Part shown: in pieces, positions 1 through 12,473 of the stretch
Layout: every line of letters begins with the position of its first letter
Position numbering within the stretch: position 1 is the first letter of the stretch
Assembly (NCBI GenBank): GCA_965202585.1
Contig: OZ241831.1
Location: forward strand, 42,036,001 to 42,100,000
DNA from: Thalia democratica
Lineage: Eukaryota
DNA: 64,000 nucleotides
Direction: 5' to 3'
The notes under the pieces: model-generated
Seen by the model: only the letters and a program-made list of their open reading frames with translations
Database searches by the model: none
Told to the model about the DNA's origin: nothing
Position numbers and translations under genes: made by a program

Positions 1-1077
1 AAACCATTGATATAATATGTAGAACTTGGTTCATTCTATAGTTTGATTTTATTAGCAGCGCCTTTCCTCTGTAAATAATAAAAGGTTTTTCAATATTTTC
101 GATAGATATTTATTTAGCCTGTATTCCTAATGTGCTTTGGACTTTAGATTTAGTGGTTAGTCAATGCACTTAAATTTTTCATATTTTTTTAAAAATTGCC
201 TGTACCTTAATTCCAATAATGTTTTTTTAAATTGAATCGATTATCCTTTGACAAAGCGAAAAAAACAATAGATAAAAAATCAATGAAGTACCAAACGGTT
301 GCACAAATGTACAGAACCTTACTTTAAAAGTCAGGATGTGTATATCCGGTTGATGTTTGAACAAGAATAAATTTTATTCATGAACTTTTGTAGTTTTTTT
401 GAACTCTGACATTCTAGTATGTTCTAAAAGAATTTTATAAAAGTATCTACGTAACTTCTATAAATGAAGAAGTGCGTAATATAGACTATTTTGCTGATTG
501 CTGCACTTAAATCATTAAAATAATTTACTAAATCGTCTCAATATGTGTTGCTGAATTTTCAAAAGAAAGTTTTTTGTTGAAAAGAAATCAGAAGTTAGTT
601 CTAAATTTAAAAATTGTGCAACTGTGTTTGGTTTTATTGGAGCTCACTGATCGATGAAAGAATTGAAGTTAAACTTGTTTATATAGAGTTAAAATCAAAT
701 GTTTTAAAAACCTGTACCTTCAAATCATAAATAAGTCAATTAGTATTATACTTAAGTATAAATCTTTTTTGCTGTTAATCTATAAATATTAGATAAAACT
801 ATAGTTTTTGATTTTAAGGTATATAAATTTGCGTCTCTTTGTTAAGTGTCATTCAGTTTGAGTGGCTTAGCTTTTGATGCCTAGGTCAAGCATAGAATAA
901 AAAACTTCCAACAGCAATGAATATCAAAAATTAAATTTTAACAAAAGCTATCTGAACATTAAGTTTAAATTTATACAAAAATAACTAAATTTCATTAAAA
1001 AACAACTTTGTTGAGATTAATTTGTTTTTAAAACAAACCCTAATTTTAAAACTATAATAAACAAACATATTAATACA

Positions 1078-1400
1078 GATCGGGTCAATAATTGTCGGGT
1101 TATATCGGGTTATATCGGGTTAGATATGATCAGGTTAGAAATGATCGGGTTAGATATGATCGGGTAAGAAATGATCGGGTTAGAAATGATTGGGTTAAGT
1201 CGGGTCAGAAATGATCTGGTTTGAAATGATCTTTTTAGAACTGATCGGGTTAGTAATGATCGGGTTAGTAATGATCGGGTTAGAAGTGATCGGGTTAGAA
1301 GTGATCGGGTTAGAAATTATTGGGTTAGAAATGATCGGATTAAAAGTGATCGGGTTAGAAATGATCGGGTTAGAAATGATAGCGAGTTAGAAATGATAGT
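1078..1400 (+). repeat. Tandem array of a 15-bp unit (ATGATCGGGTTAGAA), about 21 copies
   Basis: Unit read directly. The same unit forms the inverted arrays of the element at 33163-34553. One inverted unit (tccgatcgtttctaac) follows at ~1423-1438. Confidence 0.95.
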
Positions 1401-1645
1401 AAACCAACCTTATTATTTCTATTCCGATCGTTTCTAACAAGACTAGTAAAAGTTTGTTGGTTTTTTGTTTTTTTTTTAATAAGTATTTATTTTTAAAACA
1501 AACTTATCTAAGCAAAATTGTTATTGAAATAAAATATAGTTTTCTTTGATTTATCGAAGACTTATCATTTATATAGTTTAAATTAAAATAAACTTTTGAT
1601 ATATTTTTAAAAACTTATTATTACTCCAAGTTTCTTCCCTTATTT

Positions 1646-4085
1646 TAGGGGTGGGCAACGTAAATAGTTGACGGGCCGGATCCAGAAAAATATAGTCCTC
1701 AGCGGGCTGGATCATTTCAAGTTAGTGATCTTTTGGATTCACCTAGATCCTTTTTTAAATCCGGATCCCATTTTAAACATATTATCCGGATCCAGCTAAA
1801 TACTAATTTTAGACAAAGATCTGGACCCGAATGGAAGCTAATTTCAAAAAGATTTTGATCCGGTTGGATGCTTATTGACCGGGTATTTCAGAATTTTGAT
1901 TCAATATATTAATTACCAAGGTTCTAAAGTATAAAATTTTGTATTAAATTTAGTTAAGTATTCATAATTCTATATATATTATAAATCTGGACCGAATTAA
2001 CACTAGTTAGTACTAAAAAAATTATAATTTGGTTACTAAAAGCTACTCGAGCCTAAATTTCAAGCTAAAACATAAAAAACTGCTACATATTCGAAATAAA
2101 TTAATTTTGGAAATCCTTATCTGGAGTTTATCTTGATAATATTTTTTCAAAAAATAACAAACAATACAATATTAAACTACTATTATTTAATTTAGATAAG
2201 CTAAAGAAGACTCATTACATTTTTTTGCATGTATAAAAGAAACAAAACATAATTCTGATATAATAAACGGTTTTACCATAAAAAGCAAAAAAAATAAATA
2301 AAAGATCTCGATGAAACACTTAAGATTAATCATGTATTAGAGTTGCATGACAGTTTTGGAAAATCTGCAAGTGCACTGAAATACCGATAAGGTTTGAAGT
2401 TAGCTCATCCTTGTCAATATTTATGGTTGGAAATGTTTGTTTTCAAATGTATGAAGTATCAAACAACACAAATAGTTCCATGGTCATCTTTAGAAGTTGA
2501 CAAACTTATGCTCGATCAATAATACATAAAATCTATCTAAAAATCTTATAAAAGCAACAAAAATTATATGTTTGATTTCAAATCGTCTTATTAAGTTATT
2601 TAAAAAAAGGAAAGCCTAGATAACAAATTACTTTGGCTTGAAATTTTAACACTTTTACTTTCAAAATATCAAATAGTTATAATAAAATTACTAAGTTTAA
2701 CTAAATTCTGTACTTTGAAAGTATTATTATCAAACAGTGCAGCTAAAATACTTTAATAAGAGTACTAACATAAAATAACGAAATATTGAAACAAAAAAGA
2801 AATTGATATATATTTTTAGCACAACAAATATTTTAGTTTGATAGACTTTTAGAGTAAGAACGATTTCACTAGTGAGTATATTACTAAACGAATAACTAAA
2901 ACATAAAACTGTCATATTATACTTTATGTATTAAATTAAAAAAACTTAGCAAGAACAATTACACTAAAAAGAAGTCAATGAGACATTTATGGATCGTAAA
3001 AGTTTTTAACAAGTTGTTTAAAATATGGAAGTTTACTTGAAGTAAATATTCTCAGTAATTACTGCAAATTCGTATAAGTAAGATTTGAACACAGCATACT
3101 TTTGTTTATATACATGGTTAAGAATGTTTGTTTGCAAAAATATGTAGACCCAAACAGAAAAAAATAACTTTATTATCATCTTTTTTAAATTAACAAACTT
3201 TGACTTCTTATGTAAGTCATAAAATCTGTCTATTTTTCAGTTTTCAACTTTTCTTTTTGTGTACTGCCGCATTGAAGTTCAACAGTTCTAACAATATTAC
3301 TAAGTACAAATTCGGTGTCAAACGTCGACGGTGATGAAATAATGTCGAATTCTTCATTTAATTGTTAAAAGTCTGCAAAACGACGACCAAACTTAATATC
3401 AAGTGAAACTGTTGTCATCAAATGGTCATCACTAAATTTAACCATATATATAATCAAAAAGTCCTTAATAAAAAAACAATAGCAGAAAAAGTGCAAATTG
3501 TAGTTTAAACTTAAAACATTTGACAAAAATTTAAATTTGAGCAATTTGACTTAAAAAATTTGTCGATGTTTAAAAAGATATTTTTTTTTTACTTTTTTAA
3601 ACATTTAAAAAACAACTCAATACTTATCTGCAAAAGACAGCAATTTTTGACACGTCTATTTTTTATGAAAACATTATGGTAAGTAAGATCATCAAAATTA
3701 TTTCAGCAAACAATTGCTTTTAAGTAATTTGAGAAAGGATTACTTCAACTGACTTGAAACAGAACAAAATATTATAACAAAGTAGTGTTTTATCACCACA
3801 AAATAATAGGCTATTTAAACAAACGTTTTCAGGGTCAAAGTTTTACAGTTTGTTTAATGAAATAGTTCAAAAAAGGTTTTGTACAAGTTTTGTAATAATA
3901 AAATTAACTGGCCGGATTTTGTATAAATTTTGAAAACGCTTAGCGGGCCGGATCATCCACTTGTGGGCCGGATCAATGTTGTCTGCGGGCTGGATTCTAT
4001 TTAAAATTAAAAAAAAAATTGGGAGCCGGTCATTTTCACTCTGCGAGCCGGATCCGGTCTGCGGGCCGTACGTTGCCCACCCCTA
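1646..4085 (-). mobile_element. Non-autonomous hAT DNA transposon (SPIN/Charlie-like), copy A
   Basis: Perfect 17-bp TIR TAGGGGTGGGCAACGTA...TACGTTGCCCACCCCTA. 8-bp TSD ccttattt/ccttatat (7/8). Subterminal GGCCCGC/CCGGATCCGG motifs. Reverse complement of 10023-12473. Confidence 0.92.
2975..3395 (-). pseudogene. Degraded hAT transposase C-terminus (dimerisation region) in copy A
   Basis: Manual minus-strand translation in broken frames gives KFGRRFADF*...VELQCGSTQKEK...KQTFLTMYINKSMLCSNLT...LLRIFTSSKLP...MSH*. This fits the SPIN/GTF2IRD2-type pattern RFxDF...ELQC...KEKF...CEQxFSxMxxxKSxxRSxLT...LRIxTS...SH*. Confidence 0.75.
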
Positions 4086-4340
4086 CCTTATATCAACTTA
4101 TTTTTTTATAAAAATCTCCCTAAAACGAATTGCTTTTTCAATAAAACAAAATTTACTAGATAAGTTTTTTTTTAATTTAGCTTTGATGAACTCCTTAACT
4201 TATTATTATGTTTAAGCTGTATCTTTTTATCACTTACGTAACTGGAATATGATTTTAACGCAAAAAAATTTAAAAGTTTTATTGATACTTATGTTATATT
4301 CATATACAAAGAACAAATATTTTCATATGAAAGTCTAGAT

Positions 4341-4785
4341 CAGGGTTTTCTAAACTTTTTTTCTTTTTTATTTCTTTTCTCTAAGGCTCACTTTAAAGAA
4401 ATTAAAAAAAGGTATTGCCTCGTACAGCAAGATTTCTAAAAGAATCACTTTTAACACTGCCTAAGAACTTTTTTTTTACTTTTCATCATCAATCCAGAAA
4501 ATCTATTGTAAGTTTCAAATTATGGCCTTTTGACTACCGCTTCTACGGCTTGTTGCTCCTGAATTTTTTATTTGTTTTCTATAACTTCTAGTATTAGTTT
4601 CAAAACTACCACTAAAAACGCCTAAGACCTTTTTTTTTTGCTCTTCATTATCAACTCTAGAATATCTAGTGTAAATTTCTATCTATGACCTCATGGCTCC
4701 CTTGTGGCCCCTTTGGTGCTCATGAACCCCTAAATTTATGTAATTGCCCCAAAGGAGACTACTTGGCCCAGTTTAGGAATATCTG
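4341..4785. mobile_element. hAT-Charlie-type MITE (445 bp)
   Basis: Imperfect TIR CAGGGTTTTCTAAACT / AGTTTAGGAATATCTG. 8-bp TSD gtctagat/atctagat matches the NTCTAGAN Charlie target preference. Confidence 0.85.
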
Positions 4786-5370
4786 ATCTAGATACTAACC
4801 TTTTTATAGTTTCTGACTAATCTATCACTGTTTTAAAGTCGATAAGTTTCCAATTTAAACTTAAAAATTTGCACAAAGTGTTTTACAACTTAAACAGACC
4901 TTGTTAGATAATATAATTAAAACCAAAACTAAGCGAACTTGAAAGCTTTTGTTTTCAACTTTAACTTTTAAATATAACCACTTAATCATGCTTTTTTATC
5001 AATATAACGAGGCAGAGAGTTATTAAATCTCGTTTAGTTATTGATCTTAAAAGTTTTCACCCAAGTTTATATATACTCAAACTCCTTTAATTTAGACTTA
5101 AATAAGTACTAAAATTGATATATTTATATTTTTACAACTATATTTAAATTATAAAAAATATTTTTTATGAGAATTTTCTAGTAATTATACTTTAATTAAA
5201 CATTAGTTTTTTATAATTTCTTTTTTTGTTGTTACTTTGATTGTGCTTACGTTATTTTGACTCTGTTATATAAAGTAAATAAAAAAACATTTTTCATCAT
5301 AAGTCTTTAACATAGTCTTAAAAAGTAGGAAACTTTGGCTTTTTAATCTGCGTAGCATATACAATGATAT

Positions 5371-6348
5371 GGGAACGGATCACTTTTGCACGAAGGGACA
5401 CTTTCGCACGAGGGGACACTTTTGCACGGCGTCATTTTTGCACAAGGGGACACATTTACTCAGCAACTATTTTGTACGCAGGGTAATTTTTGCACACAGA
5501 GTCAATTGTGAACGACATCACTTTTGCACAGTGACATTTTTGAACGATGACAATTTTTCACGGCAGCACTTTTGCAAAACGATACTTTTGTACGATGTCA
5601 CATTTTTACGGTGACATTTTCGCACAGCAAAATTTTGGCACGATTAATTTTTTACACGGAACATTACTTTTGCACGAAGGCTGATTAAATGCTTTTCAGC
5701 TAGTGCCAAATCTGAAATATAAAAAAAAATTGAAACTTAAAATTTTATAACAGACTTATATCAAAGACAAAAATTCAAAGATTTAAAATCTTAAACAGTA
5801 AAAATTGATGTTAGAAACAAAAAAGAACTAACATATAAAGTTAGAATATTTCTAAAAGATTCATACCAGGGACATAAAATTGAATTTATTTAGAACCTAA
5901 GACAAAGAAAATACTAAAATGTAAGTAATTTATTCTAGTTTATTCTGAATTCTTAGTTGTTAATTAACAACTATGCCTTTTTTTTTCTTCACTATTACAA
6001 GTTTTTTGTCCATATGATGGACTTAGGCATCAAAATTTATGCCACTTAAACTGAAAACATATAAAAAAAAAATAAATAACACAAAAAGTCGTGCAAAAAT
6101 GCTGCCGAGAAAAATTGTTACCGTGCAAAAATGTCGTTGTGCAAAAGTGACGCCGTGCATAAGTGACTCTGTGTGCAAAAATGACCCTGCGTGCAAAAGA
6201 GTCGCCGTGCAAAAATTATTTCGCGTGCAAAAGTGGCGCCGTGCTAAAGTGTCCCCTCGTGCTCAAGTGACCTTCGTGCAAAATTGTCGTTGTGTAAAAG
6301 TGTCTCCTTGTCCGAAAGTGTCAACTCTTGCAAAAGTGATAACAACCC
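5371..6348. mobile_element. Foldback-like non-autonomous element with inverted arms made of TTTTGCACG repeats
   Basis: Left arm 5371-~5690 (cacttttgcacg units) and right arm ~6085-6348 (cgtgcaaaa units). Termini GGGaacggATCACTTTTGCA / TGCAAAAGTGATaacaaCCC. No 8-9-bp TSD; the flanks read only tat/ata. Confidence 0.8.
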
Positions 6349-7039
6349 ATAAAATTATACATTTAATTTTTTAACAATTTTAATTTTAATATTCTTCATT
6401 GAAAAAACTTAAATAGTCAGTGTAATTTTTTTATAAACTTAATATTTTTGGGATATTGGTAATTTTGTTTTTTCCATTTTTTGTCTTTAATCTTACTCGG
6501 TCAAAAAAAACTTAGGAAAATCTAAATTTTCTGACCATTAAAAAAGTTTTTTGCAAAACTTAAAAAAATTAAAAAAGTTTTTTTTGATTTTTTACTGTTT
6601 TATAAAAATGTTTTTATTTAAAAGTAAATTTAAAAAAAAAAGTTTTTTGTAGGCAAGAGGACCTAATTGAAGACAGAACTTTTAACATCCCAAAAATTTG
6701 ATTTGTAAAAAAAACAAAGACACTGACTATAAAGGTTTATTCACTGAAGAAAAAAAAAAGTTAATAAAAAACTATATTTAATATTAGAAATCTTCTACGC
6801 AGACTAGCCGAAGTTTTCCTTTTTTCTATGAGCGCTTGCACCAACCAAAAAAGAACGAAAAACAAAAAAAACATTATTATTTATCTGTGTCATTTAGCTA
6901 TTAAATTCTACACAAAATATACTTAAAGAATGTATAAGTTGTTTGTGTATTAAAATTTATAACTTTAGAAAAATGTCTTATATATCCCCTTAATTAATAC
7001 CTAAAATATCCTTTAATAATAGTTTCAATGATTTTCGTT

Positions 7040-7900
7040 AAGTTGTTCTTATATAATTGTAACTCAGGAACTGTAAAAAGTTTAAACATTAGATACATAA
7101 ATTTTTCAAATAAAAGGTATGTCGTTCGTCATAGAACATCAAGTTTTTTGATAATTTAGTTGTTAGTTTTTCTATATACTCTGTAAATCTGATATTAATA
7201 TCCATTAAAGAGACAAAAATTTTATGTATATTTTAAATTTGTTTTAGCTATGTTCTGCGTTAAATGTTAAGTTTTTCTAAAACTTTTTTTTTGCTGAATG
7301 AAAAAGGCATGAACATTTTTTGTCGACTTTCAATCTAAGTTTGTTTACAATAAGCCCGTCTGAAAATTTGTTAAGATCCAAGCTAAGGTTGGATGGCATG
7401 GCATCGTACTTATCAGTAATGTAATTTCGTTAATTGTAGCTGTATATTCAGTTATATATAGTTTAAGTTATATATAATAATGTGTATATAATATCATGAG
7501 AAGATGTAAATACAAAATGCTTTCTGGTAATTTTGGTTAAAATTTTCTTGATCAAGTGAGTTTTGCTAAAAGCTGTATATAATAATGTATCATATGCAAA
7601 ATTATAAACTATTTTGCTGGTGTTGTTCTGTAAATCATTAATATGTAGCAGGGATGGGTTTTGACTGGTTTCCTGTTTACTATGCCTCTCTTATAAAAAT
7701 ATATTTAAAAAAAGTTAATGATCTTAATTATTTTACTGAAATGTTGTTGAATGAAAGTCTGTTCATTTGTTAATAGATCTTATTAAGGACTTTAAACTAT
7801 GTTTAAAAGAATAAATGTTAGATTTATAAGTTTAAACATGAAAGATCTTTAATTTTGCTGGCGCAGTCAGTTGTAATGGCATTGTTTTTGAAAAAGGAAG
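7040..7900 (-). pseudogene. Degenerate non-LTR retrotransposon (CR1/L2-like) reverse transcriptase fragment
   Basis: Minus-strand pieces in the expected order: LLHINDLQNNTSKIVYNFAYDTLLY (YINDL...FADDT motif), DLNKFSDGLIVNKLRLKVDK (ELxxIxxWxxxNKLxLNxxK), YIEKLTTKLSKNL. Many stops and frameshifts. Confidence 0.75.
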
Positions 7901-8535
7901 TTAAATTTTACTTAAAAAGAATTCAACAATAGCAAAATAATTTACACAGTTATAATTAGTTTCTTCTAGAAATTAAATTTATGTTAGTCCAACTTTTATT
8001 GATTTAATTTATACAGCAATTCTTAAGTAGGTTTTATTGAAGCAGATTACTCAAATCTTTTACTATGGAAATACTAGATTGAAATTTTTTCAAGTTATGA
8101 TTCTTGAATTTGCTAATTAATGACTATATTATTTGCATGTAAAATTTTAAGATTTTAGTAAAATTTTAATGAGCTAAACTCTTTTTTTGTATTCTACTTG
8201 TTTTTGTTACTAACGTTTCATGGTAATCTTTCTTTTTTATAATGAATTGGCAACTTCATTAAGTTAAAATGTATTAATCAATTCAATCACCAAAAGATAT
8301 TAAATAAACTTATTTTTGATTAAAAAGAAAATAATTAAACGTCAAAACTATTACAGTTTTAACTATTGACTAGTTTTTATAAAATAGGTCTAAGTAAAGT
8401 TTGAAATTACTAAGGTTAAGACTAATTTATGTTAAGTACTGTTAATGTAAATTACAATAAAACAGTATCAGTTTCACAAATTATCAAACGAGCATTTTTA
8501 TAGTAATTTGTATGTAATTTTACAGAAACTAAAAT

Positions 8536-8987
8536 ATGTCAGTCCAAATCAATGCCAAAATGTAAATAGGAGCAAAAAGTTACAAAAAGCAGACAGCAAG
8601 GAAGACCGTTATTAGCAGTATCCCAACCAGAAACACGTTGAAATAATTTGCTCCGCTCAGCATCAATTTACGATCATCGAGCAAGCGAAAATGGAAGCGA
8701 ACCACGTTAGACGGAAAATTCAAAGTTAAAAGGACATTCCAGGAAAGACCAGACGACATTTATGATCTTTACTACAGATATAGTCTGGATAGGCATCACA
8801 TTTGGACTAACAACCTAGTGATTAACAGTGATACTAAGACAGATTATTCACTGATTGGACCTTAGTTTGGAAGATTTGGAGAAGTGCAATCAGGAATGTC
8901 TTGACGATCCTGAAAGTCATTTTTACTTGATTGGTCTTTGTGACGAAATAGGTCATGGACTGTTTGCAAGGCATGCAATAGCAGCAA
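8536..8987 (+). pseudogene. SET-domain methyltransferase paralog, exon 1 (disrupted)
   Basis: Colinear with 44792-45251. ATG at 8536, TAA at 8563 (CAA in the paralog), TAA at 8644 (AAA in the paralog), frameshift at ~8836-8857. Encodes KSYKKQTARKT and IGHGLFARHAIAA. Donor A|GTTAGT at 8988. Confidence 0.85.
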
Positions 8988-9110
8988 GTTAGTTTCAATG
9001 TTTTAAACTGTTTTCTAATTTTTGTTTTGTTATAGTGTAAGGTTTGACTAAAAAGTTTTTAAAGTACACTAATGACTTAGATATTCGTCTTAACGATTGG
9101 TTATTTTCAG

Positions 9111-9487
9111 ACACAATAATAGGAGAATACACTGGTGAAGTAATTCCCATAGAAGAGTATTATAAAAGATTGGATGAAATGGAACAATCAGGAGCTACCA
9201 ACTACTTTTTTGAAACATGCTGCGAAAACATGAAGATAGACGCGGGCGCAATGGGCAACCATACCAGGTTCATCAACCACGACTGCGGAGATCAACTGAA
9301 CTGCAAAACCGAATACGCATTAATTGACGGCATTCCTAGGAACTTTGTCATCAGCAAGTGTTATATTGAAGCTGACGAGCAACTCTTCATATGGTACAGA
9401 AAAGAATATTTTTATTTTAGCGATACGAACTGTCTTTGTAAATCTAGTAATTGCTTTTCGAAAAACTGTAAAAAGAGACAGGAATAA
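9111..9487 (+). pseudogene. SET-domain methyltransferase paralog, exon 2 (open frame)
   Basis: Acceptor ttattttcag|9111, phase 1. Encodes IIGEYTGEV, IDAGAMGNHTRFINHDC, EQLFIWY and post-SET CLCKSSNC. AATAAA follows the stop. The ORF-track start at 9044 is intronic. Confidence 0.88.
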
Positions 9488-10022
9488 TAATAAGCGCATA
9501 AATTTATAATAAAACACATGCTCAGTTATGTTTGTTTTTTTTATGTAGTCCTTATTTAAAATGAATATATTCGTAGTATCAACGTTTTAAGTTTAATATA
9601 ATATTAGTTAGTTAAACTATTGTTATAGGCAAAAGTATTCATAAAGTTAGTTTCTAAAAAAAAGAAACTAGAAGTATTTTTCAAAGTCATTTTAAGACAA
9701 GTTGGATGAATTATACAATTAGAACTAAAGTATTAAAACTAAAAAAATAAAACAATATCCTATTTAAGCTAGCCACAGTATTTAAATCATTGAGTAATTA
9801 AAAGAAAATAGGTTAAGTTGAATAAATCTCAACACATTATTACAATAAAAATTTAAAATACTGCTCAAATTTACAAAAACTATAAGATGTTATTTAACTA
9901 AAATATTCTAATTTTTTAAATACATATATTTTAATTCTTATAACGGCGAATTTTTGTTTTGAAAATTCCTTTTTGTACTAACAGAATCGATTATTTAAAC
10001 TTTAGATTAGTATGGACTACAA

Positions 10023-12473
10023 TAGGGATGGGCAACGTACGGCCCGCGGGCCGGATCTGGCCCGCAGAGTGAAAATGACCGGCCCCCAAACCTTTTTTAA
10101 TTTTAAATGGAATCCGGTCCGCGGACAACATTGATCCGGCCCGCAAGTGGATGATCCGGCCCGCTAAGCATTTTCAAAATTCATATAAAATCCGACCAGC
10201 CAATTTAATTATTAAAAAACTTGTACAAAACCGTTTTTGAACTATTTCATTAAACAAAACTGTAATACTTTGACCCTGAAAACGTTTGTTAAAATGGCTT
10301 ATTATTTTGTGGTGATAAAACACTATTTTGTTATAGTATCTTATTCTGTTTGAAGTCAGTTGAAGTAATCCTTTCTCAAATTATCCAAAAGCAATTGTTT
10401 GCTGAACTAATTTTGATAATCTTACCTACCATAATGTTTTCTTAAAAAAAAGAAGTGTCAAAAATTGCTGTCTTTTCCAGATAAGTATTGAATTGTTTTT
10501 TAAATGTTTAAAAAAGTAAAAAAAATATCTTTTTAAACATCGACAATTTTTTTAGGTCAAACTGCTCAAATTTAAACTTTTGTCAAATGTATTAAGTTTA
10601 GACTACCATTTGCACTTTTTCTGCTATTGTTTTTTCATAAAGGACTTTTTGATTAATTAAATGGTTAAGTTTAGTGATGACCAATTGATGACAATAGTTC
10701 CACTTGATAATAAGTTTGGTCGTCTTTTTGCAGACTTTTAACAATTAAGTGAAGAATTAGACATTATTTCATCACCGTCGACGTTTGACACCGAAAATGT
10801 ACTTAGTAATATTGTTAGAACTGTTGAACTTCAATGTGGCAGTACACAAAAAGAAAAGTTCAAAACTGAAAAATTGACAGATTTTAAGACTTAATTAACA
10901 AGTAAAAGTTTGTTAATTTAAAAAAGATGACAATGAAGTTATTTGCTCTGTTTTAGTCTACATATTTTTGCAAACAAACATTCTTAACCATGTATATAAA
11001 CAAAAGTATGCTGTGTTCAAATCTTACTTATACGAATTTGCAGTAATTACTGAGAATATCTACTTCAAATAAACTTCCAGATTTTAAACAACTTGTTAAA
11101 AACTTTTATGATCCAAAAATGTCTCATTGATTTCTTTTTAGTGTAATTATTCTTGCTAAATTCTTTAAACTTAACATTTAAAGTATAAAGTGACAGTTTT
11201 ATGTTTTAGTTTTTCGTTTAGTAATATTTTCACTAGTGAAATCGATCTTAATCTAAAAGTCTACTAAACTAAAATGTTTCTTATGTAAAAATATATATTT
11301 ATTTCTTTTTTGTTTCAATATTTCGTTATTTTATGTCAGTACTCTTATTAAAGAATTTTAGGTGGACTGGTTGATTAATATTTTTAAAGTACAGAATTTA
11401 GTTAAATTTCGTAAGTTAATTATAACTTTTAGATATTTTGAAAGTAAAAGTGTTAAAATTTCAAGCCAAAGTAATTTGATATCTAGGCTTTACTGTTTTT
11501 TAAATAAGTTAATAAGAAAATTTGAAATCAAACATATAATTTTTGTTGCTTTTATAAGATTTTTAGATAGATTTTATGTATTATTTATCGAGTCAAAGTT
11601 TGTAAACTTCTAAAGATGACCATGAAACTAGTTGTGTTGTTCGATACTTCATACATTTAAAAACAAACATTTCCGACCATAAACATTAACAAGGATAAGC
11701 TATCTTCAAACCTAATCGGTTTTTCAGTGCACTTGCAGATTTTCCAAAACTTTCATGCAAATAGATTTAAACAACTCTAATACATGATCAACTTTAAGTG
11801 TTTCATCGAGATCTTTTATTTATTTATTTTTTGCTTTTAATGGTAAAACTGTTTATTATATCAGAATTGATTTTTATTTTGTTTCTTTTATACATGCAAA
11901 AAAATGTAATGAATCTTCTTTAGCTTAATTAAATTAAATAACAGTAGTTTAATATTGAATTGTTTAATAATTTTTGAAAAAATATTATCACTATAAACTC
12001 TAGGTAAGGATTTCCAAAATTAATTAATTTCGAATAGTTAGCAATTTTTTTATGTTTTAGCTTGAAATTTTAGGCTCGAGTAACTTTTAGTAACAAAATT
12101 ATATTTTTTCTAGGACTAACTAGTGTTAATTCGGTCCAGAGTTAGAATATATATAGATTTATGAATACTTAACTAAATTTAACACAAAATTTCATACTTG
12201 AAAACCTTGGTAATTAATATATTGATTCAAAATTCTGAAATACATTAGCACCTGGCCGGATCCAAATCTTTTTCAAATAAGCATACGTTCGGATCTGGAT
12301 CTTTGTCTAAAATTAGTATTTAGCCGGATCCGGATAATATGTTTAAAATGGGATCCGGATCTAAAAAAGGATCCAGCTGAATCCAAAAGATCACTAACTT
12401 GAAATGATCCGGCCCGCTGAGGACTATATTTTTCTGGATCCGGCCCGTCAACTATTTACTTTGCCCACCTGTA
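10023..12473 (+). mobile_element. Non-autonomous hAT DNA transposon (SPIN/Charlie-like), copy B, inverted relative to copy A
   Basis: TIRs TAGGGATGGGCAACGTA / TACTTTGCCCACCTGTA. TSD gactacaa/gactacat (7/8). Transposase remnant KFGRLFADF*...VELQCGSTQKEKF at ~10700-11130 shares the stop after ADF with copy A. Confidence 0.92.

Noticed and set aside
2730-2915. Short AT-rich ORFs throughout the track (60-100 aa, F/I/L/K-rich)
   Set aside because: Their composition is what chance ORFs in very AT-rich DNA produce, and many lie inside transposons.
9044-9110. ORF-track N-terminus MTKKFLKY... of the SET ORF; likewise MSTTISFF at 23884-23859
   Set aside because: These segments lie inside introns, upstream of clear ttttcag acceptors. 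Paralog comparison and phase matching place the real coding sequence in upstream exons.
1646-12473. Composite transposon that mobilised the SET copy
   Set aside because: Each hAT copy has its own TSD, the outer flanks differ (ccttattt vs gactacat), and both outer ends are the same type of end.
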